Virus record (IMG/VR): IMGVR_UViG_3300020045_006193
Location: 1 to 60,483 of that record
Direction: 5' to 3' (one strand)
Source of the DNA: a virus
Lineage: Duplodnaviria > Caudoviricetes
Length of the DNA: 60,483 bases
Of the stretch, positions 44,564 to 54,728 are shown in pieces. Position 1 is the stretch's first letter. The number at the start of each line of letters is the position of its first letter. Under the pieces are notes generated by a model. That model searched no databases. It worked only from the letters and a program-made list of their open reading frames with translations, and had not been told where the DNA came from. The translations under genes were made by a program, and so were the position numbers.

Positions 44564-45214
44564 CTATCTCTGGTTAGTTTCAAATTGATGCTGACGTACA
44601 TTGGCAGGAACAGGTTTTCCGAATGCTTGATTAAACAAAGCAAGGTGATCTGCCGCCCTACGTTCATCCTTAGCTGCCATGTGTTCATCAGATGCTACCT
44701 CATTACTGTAGGCTTTATGACAAACCCAGTGAATAAGCTTTTCATGGTATTCAATTGGGAGAACAGGCGTATCTGTGGTAAGAGTAAAGTCCGTCGATGG
44801 ATAGATAAACCCCTCAATGTAGACCTTTAGCCCCGTATCAGTAGCATTAGGCTTGGGCGTAAAGGTAACTAAGTTTCCGCGCACAATGTAATTTCTGTCG
44901 TTGCTCTCGCTAAATCCTGAGCGTGTACGCCAATCTTCGGGCAATTGTTCTGGTAATGATTTTTTTAATTCTCTGTCATCGAAAGTTAAAAAAAGCAATC
45001 GCGTTAAATTTATTGGTAAAACGTAACTCCCTGTATCAGCCGCAAGGGTTAAATACAGGGAATCGGTAAAAATAAAGTCTGTGCGATTGCAAGCTTGACG
45101 CTGCGCTTCGGAAAAATTACGCAGAAACCACGCATCATCCCAAGATTCGCCTTGGGCAATAGTGTCGTTAAGGTAATCACGTCTAGCGATAGTTATCAGG
45201 CTTGCAATGTTCAT
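44564..45214 (-). CDS. Head-tail adaptor protein
   Basis: LI..AR..YLND...W.D......EAQ..AC.R and P.LP.EYH..L..W..HKAY pattern; follows the capsid genes. Confidence 0.7.
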   Translation of the reverse strand: MNIASLITIARRDYLNDTIAQGESWDDAWFLRNFSEAQRQACNRTDFIFTDSLYLTLAADTGSYVLPINLTRLLFLTFDDRELKKSLPEQLPEDWRTRSGFSESNDRNYIVRGNLVTFTPKPNATDTGLKVYIEGFIYPSTDFTLTTDTPVLPIEYHEKLIHWVCHKAYSNEVASDEHMAAKDERRAADHLALFNQAFGKPVPANVRQHQFETNQR

Positions 45215-45879
45215 TAAACGCCGACCATATTTGCATTGGTAGACGCATCAACAGCCATCCACACAATGACTTCCGAGCCGTCTAACGCACTGGTAAACGC
45301 AATAGTTCCGCGCTTATCAGCATCAGCACTGGTTGACCCGACGACCACAGTTAAACCGCCGCCGTCCAGAACCAAGCCAAGCCACGCTTGCAATAAGTCG
45401 GGCCTAGCATTTAGTTTCACGGGTAAGCCAAGTTTTGAACCAGTACCAACAGTTAGGTCGGTTGCACCTAAGTCAGAACCGCCAGCGGGCGTGATTGATG
45501 TGATTGTCTTGAACGCTTTAACGCCTTGAATGGTCGCCGTGCCGTTTAATGTAATGGTTTCGGTGATGACATTGCCATACACGTCCGTACCAATAACATT
45601 AAGAACTGCATCCGCGCCAGTTGCGCCCGTTGCTGTGATGTTACGCGGTACGTCAAGTGTGGTATGTGCCAATGTTAAAGCGGTCACTGCTGCGTCTACG
45701 ATAGCCTGAGACTCGGCAATATAGTTCACATCAGCTACGACAGGGCTGCCTAAGCTGATTTTGCTAATTAGGTTTACTGGATAACCAGCTACACCGTCTT
45801 TATTGTCATTGATAGGCGCGTAGTAAGCATCACCGAACATCAGCGTGACTAATCTACCTAGAGATTGAAAAAGTGCCAT
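45214..45879 (-). CDS. Probable capsid decoration protein (start revised to MALFQ)
   Basis: AGGA RBS before ATG 45879; LDVPRNIT...GTDVYG...TETIT...G.KAFKTITSI pattern. Confidence 0.6.
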   Translation of the reverse strand: MALFQSLGRLVTLMFGDAYYAPINDNKDGVAGYPVNLISKISLGSPVVADVNYIAESQAIVDAAVTALTLAHTTLDVPRNITATGATGADAVLNVIGTDVYGNVITETITLNGTATIQGVKAFKTITSITPAGGSDLGATDLTVGTGSKLGLPVKLNARPDLLQAWLGLVLDGGGLTVVVGSTSADADKRGTIAFTSALDGSEVIVWMAVDASTNANMVGV

Positions 45880-45903
45880 TTGTATTTTCCTATTTAAAGT
45901 TCC

Positions 45904-45927
45904 CAAGGTGGAATATATTCCACCTTG
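45904..45927. other. Perfect 24-bp palindrome after the capsid stop (probable mRNA-stabilising hairpin)
   Basis: CAAGGTGGAATATATTCCACCTTG; no adjoining U-tract. Confidence 0.7.
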
Positions 45928-45939
45928 AGTAAGACCAGC

Positions 45940-46854
45940 TTACGCACCCAAACTGCCGAAAATTGCCCGTGGGTTGAAGTGACCGAAGCTGTACCGTTCA
46001 CTTGCATAACCTTGGAATGAACGGGTGTTAGCGTCAAACTCAGTCTCAAAACTAAACGCACGGCGTTTGTAGTGAATCAATCCTTTAGGTGCATCCGTTT
46101 TAATAAACCAAGCATCAGGGTCGATGATACGGTTCATTTTGATAGGAGGCTTACCGAACAATCCCATGTCTTTCATCCAGTTGGCATCATTGTTGTTTGT
46201 ACCCGGTCTAAGCGTACTTTGTAACAAACGATGTGCAACTGTGACTAAATCAGGGGGGATAATCAGGTCTTGAGGATTCAACGCAATCTGCAAACCTTTT
46301 TCATCCACTGCACGTTCAATCATAATACGCGCGGTGTCCAATGATGTTTCGGATAACTGCATACCAGAAAGGAAATTGCTGAATGACGAACCATTTGCCA
46401 AAGGATGTGAAGCCGATAACAACGCTACACCATCGCCGCCTTTAAAATCACGCGCTGTGGATGTGGCATTATTGAATAAAGCCGCGCCTTGAATCTCTTT
46501 AGTTTCCCAAAAAGAGTTAGACAACTGCTTACCTGAATCTTTGCCAATGTCTTCATACTGCCCATCTTCAATAGCGATACGGGAAATAGAGAATCCTAGC
46601 GCGTACTCTTTATGGATAAATTGCTTTAACCACTCATCTTTACCGCCGTCCATCGGTGTAGCTGCTGATTCGCTGACCTGATACGCTGTACCCATGCCAG
46701 AAGTCATCAACATTTCTTCTTTGTATTTTGTAGAATTGCGCGTTTCGTACACTTGTTGCCATTGAATAGGCTTTTTCGCGTACTCCGCGCTCATGACAAA
46801 ATCAATACCAACACGCAGTCTATGCTGTTGGGCTGTACTTAATAAAATAGCCAT
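45940..46854 (-). CDS. Major capsid protein
   Basis: 304 aa; H..YALGFSI....IED..Y, GGDGVAL.S.SHPL, P..LIIPP.L, DPDAWFIKTD, ERYSFG...PR..FGS.GA. Confidence 0.85.
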   Translation of the reverse strand: MAILLSTAQQHRLRVGIDFVMSAEYAKKPIQWQQVYETRNSTKYKEEMLMTSGMGTAYQVSESAATPMDGGKDEWLKQFIHKEYALGFSISRIAIEDGQYEDIGKDSGKQLSNSFWETKEIQGAALFNNATSTARDFKGGDGVALLSASHPLANGSSFSNFLSGMQLSETSLDTARIMIERAVDEKGLQIALNPQDLIIPPDLVTVAHRLLQSTLRPGTNNNDANWMKDMGLFGKPPIKMNRIIDPDAWFIKTDAPKGLIHYKRRAFSFETEFDANTRSFQGYASERYSFGHFNPRAIFGSLGA

Positions 46855-47393
46855 TAGATACCACCTACGCCAGCGGAAACACCGCGTAATGCGTGTTCAA
46901 CGAAAATACCAGTGACAATGCGAGCATTATCACCAACTCGTTTTGATAAGCCAGTCATACGAAAAGCCTTATCAGTTGTTGCTAATGACGAAATACCAAG
47001 AGTTACGCCGCTTGTACCACTAACTGCACTACCTGCTGCATAAACAAAATCGTATAACGCGCCTAAGTTGGCTTCGGTAACAGCATCATCCGCCAAAACC
47101 TCAAACACGATATTTGGATCATCGAATACCAGTGCCTTAATGTCTGACTCACCGCTAGGCGCGTCATAGTTTGGCACAACCTGATACAAACCTTTCGCGT
47201 CCGTATAACTGCAACCTGCAAAAATGCCAATAATCAAATCACCTGCCGCCGCTACCGTAATACTGCCGTCCGTCACTTGCTTGACTGGATCGCCGTAATA
47301 GATGGCTGCCGCCGATGTGCCTACGCTGTACTCATTGGGCGAGATACACTCATCCTGCGAGACAGTTCTTAATGGTTTAAATCCAAAAGCCAT
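46854..47393 (-). CDS. Capsid-associated protein
   Basis: FGFKP...IYYGDPV...GIF.GC.YTD...DDPNIVFEV; directly upstream of the capsid gene. Confidence 0.65.
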   Translation of the reverse strand: MAFGFKPLRTVSQDECISPNEYSVGTSAAAIYYGDPVKQVTDGSITVAAAGDLIIGIFAGCSYTDAKGLYQVVPNYDAPSGESDIKALVFDDPNIVFEVLADDAVTEANLGALYDFVYAAGSAVSGTSGVTLGISSLATTDKAFRMTGLSKRVGDNARIVTGIFVEHALRGVSAGVGGI

Positions 47394-47410
47394 GATGGCT
47401 CTCCTTAAAA

Positions 47411-47932
47411 TTAATCGTCAATAATCGGAATGTCACCGCGCTTCATGGGCGAGACAAATGCCGATGGAATGTTTTTGTTGAGACTATCATTAAAGATTGT
47501 CTCCTGTGATTGCTGCTGTAAATCAACACGTTTTTGCAATGAACGCTTGTAAGCATCGAAGTGTGATTGCGGTATTGCCATTAGAATAAGGTCATGCGTA
47601 CCTACAACGCCCTCTTGTTCGCTAAATTTAGTGGTCGGTAAGTACGGCGTATCGAAGCCGTTTTCTTTTGCCGCCTGATTTAGCGTATCAATCATCACGG
47701 GTCGCCAGCCTTTGCTGATTGATTTCATGACATTTTTAGTGTCATCTTCGCCCATATTCTTGACGCGATGCCACTGTAAAACCATGCCCTCTAGTTTGGG
47801 CAGTTTTTCAATTGCATACGGATTCATGTCATCAAAAAATTCGTTAATCTTTTCGATGCTACGGGTATCAACATGGGCTTCTCTTTGTCCGCGAGTATCA
47901 GGTGATGATACTGCTGTTTTATGCTCTGCCAT
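47411..47932 (-). CDS. Conserved head-module protein
   Basis: W.R....G..D..N.......GW.PV pattern; between scaffold and capsid genes. Confidence 0.6.
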   Translation of the reverse strand: MAEHKTAVSSPDTRGQREAHVDTRSIEKINEFFDDMNPYAIEKLPKLEGMVLQWHRVKNMGEDDTKNVMKSISKGWRPVMIDTLNQAAKENGFDTPYLPTTKFSEQEGVVGTHDLILMAIPQSHFDAYKRSLQKRVDLQQQSQETIFNDSLNKNIPSAFVSPMKRGDIPIIDD

Positions 47933-48704
47933 TTGCCGCACTCCGTTTTGATTTTAAATAGTTTTGTTGAACAGCTTTGTCTTTGTAGTCGTAGCCAAGT
48001 TCTTTAATGTGTTCCATGTCCGCACGGGTTAAACCCTGCGTAGAGATATTGCCGTCACCACTCCCAACACCATTACCCGCTTGAGAAGGAGGTCTAACGC
48101 GATGAATGTTTTTGTCTAATTGCTTCCACAACGCTTCGTCTCTAAATCCGTTGTCGTGCAATTGCTTAATGATTCTATCGGTTTTTGCCACTTTATCAGG
48201 GTCACTTAGGATGTCCTGATTCTTAGCCATCCAAGCTGCTTGTGCAGGTGGTATTTCTGGCTGTGCTGGTTGTTGCGCTACTGGTTGTTGTACTTGCTGT
48301 GCTGGCTGCCGTTGACTATTAAGCCTAGCATCCATAAGAGCGTCATCAATTTCAGTTACGCGGTCATAATCGCCAATTTCCAATGCTTCTTTCTTTTCAG
48401 CGCGTAATGCTGCGACTTGCTCAGTGTTTTTAGCTTCGTTTATTTCAGCTAAACGCCGCGCTAATTCTGCGTTTGTGGCTCGTTCAGCCGCCAACTGTTC
48501 TTCTACCGTTTTAGCTTTCCACGTTAATTCATTAATCCGCTTTTCAGCGCGTGTGGGCTTTTTGGCTTCGGCTTGCGTAACCTCACTAACAACTTGAATG
48601 CCTAAGTCATCATCGTACTGGTCTTGGTCTTGGTCTTCGTCCGATGAATCAACCGACAGATCTAGGTCTGCCAAATCGTCATCGTAGTCTTCGTTAAAAC
48701 TCAT
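47919..48704 (-). CDS. Scaffolding protein
   Basis: Acidic N-terminus, KRINELT coiled coil, typical position. Confidence 0.7.
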   Translation of the reverse strand: MSFNEDYDDDLADLDLSVDSSDEDQDQDQYDDDLGIQVVSEVTQAEAKKPTRAEKRINELTWKAKTVEEQLAAERATNAELARRLAEINEAKNTEQVAALRAEKKEALEIGDYDRVTEIDDALMDARLNSQRQPAQQVQQPVAQQPAQPEIPPAQAAWMAKNQDILSDPDKVAKTDRIIKQLHDNGFRDEALWKQLDKNIHRVRPPSQAGNGVGSGDGNISTQGLTRADMEHIKELGYDYKDKAVQQNYLKSKRSAANGRA

Positions 48705-49015
48705 GGAATCAATCCTTTTAAGTTAATCTGCGGATATGTTGCGACTCTAAATGAACCAGTATAAGTCGTTGCGTCTCCTACAGTATGCGCTTCAAATCCA
48801 ATCGACGGCTTCTTGCGCCAATAGATAATACGATGCTCGTCATCTTCTACATTTGATTCATTCAATAAATTTCTTATCGACTGAATATCGGATGCAAGTT
48901 TTTGAGCGACTTCAAATTGACTATCTGACCGATAAACGAAATTTACATACTCAGTAATATTTCCATTTTTATCGTGAAAATCTCCTTTAGACGCGCCATC
49001 TATTTCCGTTATCAT
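48701..49015 (-). CDS. Hypothetical protein
   Basis: ATGA overlaps on both sides. Confidence 0.65.
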   Translation of the reverse strand: MITEIDGASKGDFHDKNGNITEYVNFVYRSDSQFEVAQKLASDIQSIRNLLNESNVEDDEHRIIYWRKKPSIGFEAHTVGDATTYTGSFRVATYPQINLKGLIP

Positions 49016-49410
49016 AACAGTACCTCGATAACCGCAGTATCAGTAATCACACTCACTACGTTGCGGTCATTGATAAACCGTAGTTTGTGCTGTTCTTTGT
49101 TATGACTAATTGTCAGATTAACGCCATCGTGACATTGATAATGAATAATATCGCCAACTTTACACCATGCTTGTGATGTTCCAAATTCACGACCACCACG
49201 AAAAGACGGGTCGTCATAAGCAGAATCACCCATTGCAATTACTTTGCCGATGTTTCTAAAATACTCAGCCGCTTTCACGCTATCATCCAATAATGCTATG
49301 CCGCCCTCGCTTTCTTTACGCATTTTCACGGGCGCGATCAATACCCGCCAGCCCGTAGGCTTGGGTAACAATTCAACTGGTACGCCGTCCGCTTCAAAAT
49401 TTAAAGCCAT
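49012..49410 (-). CDS. groES: GroES-like co-chaperonin
   Basis: PKPTGWRVLI...SEGGIAL...GKVIAMG..AY...WCKVGD...RFIND. Confidence 0.85.
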   Translation of the reverse strand: MALNFEADGVPVELLPKPTGWRVLIAPVKMRKESEGGIALLDDSVKAAEYFRNIGKVIAMGDSAYDDPSFRGGREFGTSQAWCKVGDIIHYQCHDGVNLTISHNKEQHKLRFINDRNVVSVITDTAVIEVLL

Positions 49411-49413
49411 TTT

Positions 49414-49614
49414 TTAATCCCTCGTTTGGATTGTTTTCAAACATTTTCCGATAATTTCAAGGGAATCATCGTAACCCTTTATCTTACCTGTCTCACGCTT
49501 GTAGTTGTCAAAAGATGAACAGCTACCATTTGACAGGGAGGCAACGCACTCAGAACGTAGTTTTTTAATCTCATTTGCCGCTAGTAATAGCGCGTCTTCG
49601 GTGTCGTCACGCAT
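49414..49614 (-). CDS. Small conserved head-module protein
   Basis: L..G....F..Y....G.I.G pattern between portal and GroES. Confidence 0.6.
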   Translation of the reverse strand: MRDDTEDALLLAANEIKKLRSECVASLSNGSCSSFDNYKRETGKIKGYDDSLEIIGKCLKTIQTRD

Positions 49615-49628
49615 GATTATAATCCAAT

Positions 49629-49648
49629 TGTTACGTTATAACATAACA
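49629..49648. promoter_or_regulatory. 20-bp near-palindrome (copy 1), downstream of portal
   Basis: TGTTACGTTATAACATAACA; 18/20 identical to 51898-51917. Confidence 0.6.
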
Positions 49649-51877
49649 TTATTGTAGTTGTTCGTTTTGCATGGTTTCAATACCTGCTCTTGGCGTTTCC
49701 ATTTGTGGCGGCACTTGTTCTGGTTGTGGTTGTTCTGGCATTGCTTCTGCTGGTTGTTGTGGTATCGGGGGGAATTGTGGGCTGGTGTTTTGGTCGGGCA
49801 TTCCATTTGAGTCTATCTGCGTACCAAGCTCAGAACCGCTAAATGTGGTAATTGGATATTTATTTGCATCAACAAAATTTGCTGTTTTAAGTAATTCATC
49901 CACCATTGCAATGATTCCACTATTAACTCCATTTAACCTAAGTGCATTTAAAATCGACTCTCCCGCTTGTACGCCGCTAAATACAGTTGATATGTTTTTG
50001 TTAGCAACATTAGCTACTGACTCATTAGCCAATCCCTCAAGACGTTTAACCTCGGCTTCCAATTTAGCAACCTGAGCATCACGCAACGGATCTGATTTAT
50101 TCTGCTCAATCCATTTATCTTCTGGAACAGTAACGCGCATTGCATTAAGCACTTGCTCAAGAACCCAGCGTGGATCAACCAATCCCTGATATTTCCCCGT
50201 AATCTCAGCCAGTGCGTTTGCTTGCATAATCCTATGTGACTTACTTGCCGCATCGGGCGTACTAACTGGCACAATGTCCACGCGCTCATCGAAATCACTC
50301 GCCATAATTACCGCGCTCTTGCCTTCCATGCGGTAAGGATAGCCCTCATCTGGGATATTTTCAGCAATCACATCGGCTAAAATCCTGAACTCTTGAGTCT
50401 GTGCGTTATGTAGTCTGGAATAAATCGCGCTGAATTGAATGCTTGCTTGCTCGACTAATGCCAACACCGTACCGACTGGCGCATTAGACATAGCCTTATC
50501 GCCTGTCAGTACGCCGCTTGTGCCAGCCATTGATTGACCGCGCCCATCTAAATACTCTAACGCCCTCATGAGTGCCGGGCTTGGTTCTTTAGTTGGAATG
50601 GGATAAAAGGCTTTTGCTAGGTCTTCTGGGGAACTATCTACCTCTTGCCATGTTCCTGCGGCAGGACTCTTGCTTTTTTTATTTAGATTTAGCTTATCGA
50701 CCGCCAGCTTTGCCTCACGCGATACGAACCCGCCGCCGCGAGTAGATATGTTGCCACCGTCAATGATAGTGCGCAGTATTTCTGTATTAGCATCAATACA
50801 GCCACTTAAAAGGTGATATATGCCATAGCCGTAAAAACCTAAACCTTGTGCATAGCGATAATGAACATCACGGACAATACGCCGCTGTTGTTCATCGTCT
50901 GGTTTCCAGTTCCGTTGCAATCTAACTACTTTCTGAGTTTCACGCTCTACCCATACCATGTAAGGCAGGGCATACGGATAGCCATCTTCTAACTCTAAAT
51001 CACAAGAGCATTTGTAAATTTGGTGTTGATGTGTGCCTTGTAATGAGTTTTCTTGACTGCCCTCAATCTCAATAATCGTTTTTTTAATATCGCTTATCAG
51101 TTCTTGACTTGGCTCTGAGATTTCATCATCAATGTAAAAACCGCTGGATTGATTGCGCTGAAATATTGAGCGTGATTCATAGTACCACTGGGTATAGCGT
51201 GATGTAGTTTCTAGGTCGGTAGCGTTCCAAGGTACAATAAACTGGCTTGGTTCGATAAACTTTGCATGAAATGTTTTAGTACGCTCACAATAAAACACTG
51301 TTTTGAAACAACTGCCCGATATTGGCAATCTGAACAGCAACCTGTCCATTTCGTTGAACTCATCGGGGATTGCTTGCGTGTACTGGTAATTCATGAAGCC
51401 CTCGACACGCTCGGCTTGATCGCGTACCCCTTGGTCTTCTTCGCCCATGATGATGGTCTTAACTATTTTCCCATTGGGCGGTCTTAGCTCTATTAATGCG
51501 CGGTTATGAACTTGTTCAACTGCTTCGATAAATAGCGGGTGTGTTGCGTTAGTCGCGCCATCATATTCCGTTTCATGAGCTTCCTTGCTGATACCCAACG
51601 CTTTTAACGCCTTCTTTTCCATATCAATCCACGGCTTACGCGCCGCTTCATCGTCACGCACCCATGTTAAAACGTCCTGGCCTAAGCGCGCTACTAATTG
51701 TTGGTCAATAGCTGTATTGCCAACAAGGTTATCATAATGCCCGCCGCCACTGGATAAATCCAACGCGACTAAATCAATCCCCATTGCTTCAAGTTCTGCG
51801 ATTTCGTCGGGCGTGAGAACCGTTAGCGGGTCGATGCCACCTTGCTGTGCCGCTTCTAGGATGTCGAGTGCGTTCAT
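49649..51877 (-). CDS. Portal protein
   Basis: 742 aa after TerL; HP...EA..Q, MNYQ, LP.SGS.FK.V, GLGFYGYG, P.KEPS, APVGT.LAL.E, SAI..RLH.AQ..EF motifs. Confidence 0.9.
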   Translation of the reverse strand: MNALDILEAAQQGGIDPLTVLTPDEIAELEAMGIDLVALDLSSGGGHYDNLVGNTAIDQQLVARLGQDVLTWVRDDEAARKPWIDMEKKALKALGISKEAHETEYDGATNATHPLFIEAVEQVHNRALIELRPPNGKIVKTIIMGEEDQGVRDQAERVEGFMNYQYTQAIPDEFNEMDRLLFRLPISGSCFKTVFYCERTKTFHAKFIEPSQFIVPWNATDLETTSRYTQWYYESRSIFQRNQSSGFYIDDEISEPSQELISDIKKTIIEIEGSQENSLQGTHQHQIYKCSCDLELEDGYPYALPYMVWVERETQKVVRLQRNWKPDDEQQRRIVRDVHYRYAQGLGFYGYGIYHLLSGCIDANTEILRTIIDGGNISTRGGGFVSREAKLAVDKLNLNKKSKSPAAGTWQEVDSSPEDLAKAFYPIPTKEPSPALMRALEYLDGRGQSMAGTSGVLTGDKAMSNAPVGTVLALVEQASIQFSAIYSRLHNAQTQEFRILADVIAENIPDEGYPYRMEGKSAVIMASDFDERVDIVPVSTPDAASKSHRIMQANALAEITGKYQGLVDPRWVLEQVLNAMRVTVPEDKWIEQNKSDPLRDAQVAKLEAEVKRLEGLANESVANVANKNISTVFSGVQAGESILNALRLNGVNSGIIAMVDELLKTANFVDANKYPITTFSGSELGTQIDSNGMPDQNTSPQFPPIPQQPAEAMPEQPQPEQVPPQMETPRAGIETMQNEQLQ

Positions 51878-51897
51878 TGTTTCTGCCGATGGGTAAA

Positions 51898-51917
51898 TGT
51901 TATGTTATATCATAACA
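51898..51917. promoter_or_regulatory. 20-bp near-palindrome (copy 2), upstream of portal
   Basis: TGTTATGTTATATCATAACA. Confidence 0.6.
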
Positions 51918-51921
51918 TAGG

Positions 51922-53463
51922 TTATGTTCTATTTTCTTCCGCGTATCGCTCACGCTCTTTGCGCTCGTTTTCCAGTGTTTCATCGTCATGGTTTTCAAAC
52001 CAACGGGCTTTGCGTAGGTAGATAAGGGCTTGGGTAACGGTGTCTGTTAAATCTGCCGATGGCGGCGCACCATGTGGAAACGATGCTACATAATCAATCA
52101 ATTCATTAGCCCACTTTTTAGGCGGAACATAGACTAGCCCCATTTCTAAAATAGGCGTGACTGAGTGCGCTCTGCTTATTTTATCCTCGCCTTTGCCCGG
52201 TGAATATGCTTTTAATTCGCCGTCTATCGCGTCCCGCAAATCCTGCAATAGACTAATTCCAGTAGCCTTTTTTTCAATTAAATTAACATCTGGTCTGTAC
52301 TTTTTATCAATCTCCTGTACCTTCTCGCGCAATTCTTTGTACGCCACTTGACCAAACCAGACGCCCAGCAACATCACACAATAACGCTCACGTTTTGAGT
52401 GCCAAAAAACACCCCAACGGGTACACGCACTAAAAGCTGTTTTATTGTTTTTGCTGTCTGCCTCGCTAAAAGCGGTGTCGTAACTGGTGAAAATATGCTG
52501 ACATTTTGGTAGAGGAACATCATCTGCCCAATGCCGCCATGTGTGTGTTTTTATGATTCCGCCGCCGATTGGGACGGGTCTTTGCTGGAGCTGTGCGCTT
52601 GTACCATGTTCACCCAAATCTTCTTCCAGCGACAAAACCGCCGAAGACGGAAACTTTTTGGGGAATAATAGCTCACCCTTTTTAGTACGCGGGTCGTTTA
52701 GCTCTGGTCTGCCAATGTCTGCTCCAGCATCAAACGATGGTGCGCCCTCGTAGCGCATTGGGATTGATAGCACCGTCCATTTGCTTTTAACTTTTTTGAG
52801 TAAATGCCCCGCTAAATCAGATTCATGAACGCGCTGCATGATAAGCAGTACGCCAGACTCGGTTAAATCGTTTAGTCGTGATGATAAAGACCTGTCCCAA
52901 GTATCATTAACTCCCTGTCGAATAACATCACTGTACGCTTGTGCCGCGTCAATCGGATCATCGATTAGAAGACACGATCCTCTTTTTCCAGTATTTGACG
53001 CACTTATGCCTTGTGATTGCCTAAAGCCCTGCTTTTCATTTACAAACAGGGTCTTTTCATTCTGCGATGCCTTAAGACCCAGCCCCCATTTTGACTGATG
53101 CCACTCGCTTGTAATAATATCTTTCATTCGTAGAGCGTCACGGATAGCTAAGCCCTGTTCATTTGTGATTGATAAGTATCTCTCGTTTGGGTGCTTTATC
53201 CAAGACCACGCGGGGTACATGACTGATACTAAAATTGATTTTAAAGTACCGGGGGGGATGCAGATTATTAATCGTCTATCTGGGAGTTGCCCAGCATCAA
53301 ACGCGGATAGGTAACCGCAGATTGTATCTAAGTGCCAGTTCCATTCCAGTTTTGTTGACGGCTCGATGATATGCCACGCGCTACGAACGAATTGCGCTAG
53401 TGATTGCTCACATAGTAATTTCTCTGTTTGCTGTAGAGTCGCTAAATCACGGGCAATTGTCAT
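51922..53463 (-). CDS. terL: Terminase large subunit
   Basis: Walker A PPGTLKS, Walker B LLIDD, IMQRVH, nuclease SYDTA and DLTDTVTQAL. Confidence 0.95.
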   Translation of the reverse strand: MTIARDLATLQQTEKLLCEQSLAQFVRSAWHIIEPSTKLEWNWHLDTICGYLSAFDAGQLPDRRLIICIPPGTLKSILVSVMYPAWSWIKHPNERYLSITNEQGLAIRDALRMKDIITSEWHQSKWGLGLKASQNEKTLFVNEKQGFRQSQGISASNTGKRGSCLLIDDPIDAAQAYSDVIRQGVNDTWDRSLSSRLNDLTESGVLLIMQRVHESDLAGHLLKKVKSKWTVLSIPMRYEGAPSFDAGADIGRPELNDPRTKKGELLFPKKFPSSAVLSLEEDLGEHGTSAQLQQRPVPIGGGIIKTHTWRHWADDVPLPKCQHIFTSYDTAFSEADSKNNKTAFSACTRWGVFWHSKRERYCVMLLGVWFGQVAYKELREKVQEIDKKYRPDVNLIEKKATGISLLQDLRDAIDGELKAYSPGKGEDKISRAHSVTPILEMGLVYVPPKKWANELIDYVASFPHGAPPSADLTDTVTQALIYLRKARWFENHDDETLENERKERERYAEENRT

Positions 53464-53972
53464 TGCATCACAAGTCTGCTTGCTATCGCCTTGGCTTCTG
53501 CAATCATGTCGTTTTCATCCATATCGGTTACTGAGCTTGATACGCCATTGTTATTTATTTGTATTGCGGTATCAGCTTGCTTTCCTATGACTGTTTCGCG
53601 CCCTTTGCTGATTGTCTCACTACGCGCTTTAAAGTCGCTTTGAGTAAGGCATGGGGCAAGCATAGCCTCATTGACGTTTTGTGCCGCACACATACTAAAA
53701 AACTCGATAGCTTTTACCCTATCATTTACAAGCTCCTTATGTACCATTAGAGCTGTTCCGTTTAGCGTTCCTTTTGCCGTCTCAACCCTTATCGCTTCTG
53801 ACACGAGCTGTTCCTTTCCAGTTTCTTTTGACCATCCGTCACGTTTTGACACAACGCATAAGCGCGTCTTACTTATACCTGTTTTTTTGACTATTTCGGA
53901 TAGCGATAATCCAGCTTCAAAATACTCTTTTGCCCTTTCCCACTCTTTATCAGTAGTTTTTATGTTCGCCAC
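53460..53972 (-). CDS. terS: Terminase small subunit
   Basis: N-terminal HTH (FEAGLSLSEI...GISK...GW); ATGA-coupled to TerL. Confidence 0.75.
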   Translation of the reverse strand: MANIKTTDKEWERAKEYFEAGLSLSEIVKKTGISKTRLCVVSKRDGWSKETGKEQLVSEAIRVETAKGTLNGTALMVHKELVNDRVKAIEFFSMCAAQNVNEAMLAPCLTQSDFKARSETISKGRETVIGKQADTAIQINNNGVSSSVTDMDENDMIAEAKAIASRLVMQ

Positions 53973-53994
53973 TACTGCCAGCTCCCATAATTAA

Positions 53995-54414
53995 TCACAT
54001 TATCCCGCCAGTCTCAATCAAAACCATATCCACAATAATACTAATAGCCCGCGCTAAATGCTGTCTGCGCTCTGGCAATCCACAGGTGTTCGCATAGACG
54101 ATGTGTCTCATTGCCTCGGCTTTTAGCGCATCGGGTTCGGCGGACAAAACCAAATTGAATTTATCGATTATCAGCGAGGGCTTTAAATGTATTGGCTGTT
54201 CAATCGTCAATTCCTTTTCAATCCATTTAACCGATTTTTCTAAATCCTGGACGCCGCCTTTATCGTCAAACCGCCAGACGTACTGCAATGCCTGACCCAG
54301 CGGGCAACTCATGTGACAACTAATATCCCAACACTCCACGCCGCTCTGGTGGCTTGCGTAGTGCGCGGGTTTTGCTACGTCGTCGTATTCGCTAAAAACT
54401 TGGTCGGTTGTCAT
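53995..54414 (-). CDS. DUF3310-family protein
   Basis: D.V..P.HY...SGVEC....G.A..Y.WR...KGG.QDLEK..W. Confidence 0.85.
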   Translation of the reverse strand: MTTDQVFSEYDDVAKPAHYASHQSGVECWDISCHMSCPLGQALQYVWRFDDKGGVQDLEKSVKWIEKELTIEQPIHLKPSLIIDKFNLVLSAEPDALKAEAMRHIVYANTCGLPERRQHLARAISIIVDMVLIETGGIM

Positions 54415-54728
54415 TTATCCTCACTACAAGCAATTGCTTGACCCCAATTACTAGGCAATTCAGCATCAAAAACGCTTCTTTGAGTTTCGTCAAGATAGCT
54501 ATCAATGTCTTTTATGATGTTAATCATATCAGAGAAAATAGGTGACATTTGCGGGCGTGGCTCTAGTGTTTTTTCTGCCCTTGGATAATCTGTTATCACA
54601 CAAGATAATTTACTAGCCGTGTCAAGACTCAATATTTCTGCGCGTTCGCGAAGTGCGGACAATAAAAACAGAATTTCTTCTGCGTCAGTTGTTTTTTTTG
54701 TTGCTGCCATTCCTATTTGGTTTTTCAT
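54411..54728 (-). CDS. Hypothetical protein
   Basis: ATGA-coupled on both sides. Confidence 0.65.
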   Translation of the reverse strand: MKNQIGMAATKKTTDAEEILFLLSALRERAEILSLDTASKLSCVITDYPRAEKTLEPRPQMSPIFSDMINIIKDIDSYLDETQRSVFDAELPSNWGQAIACSEDK

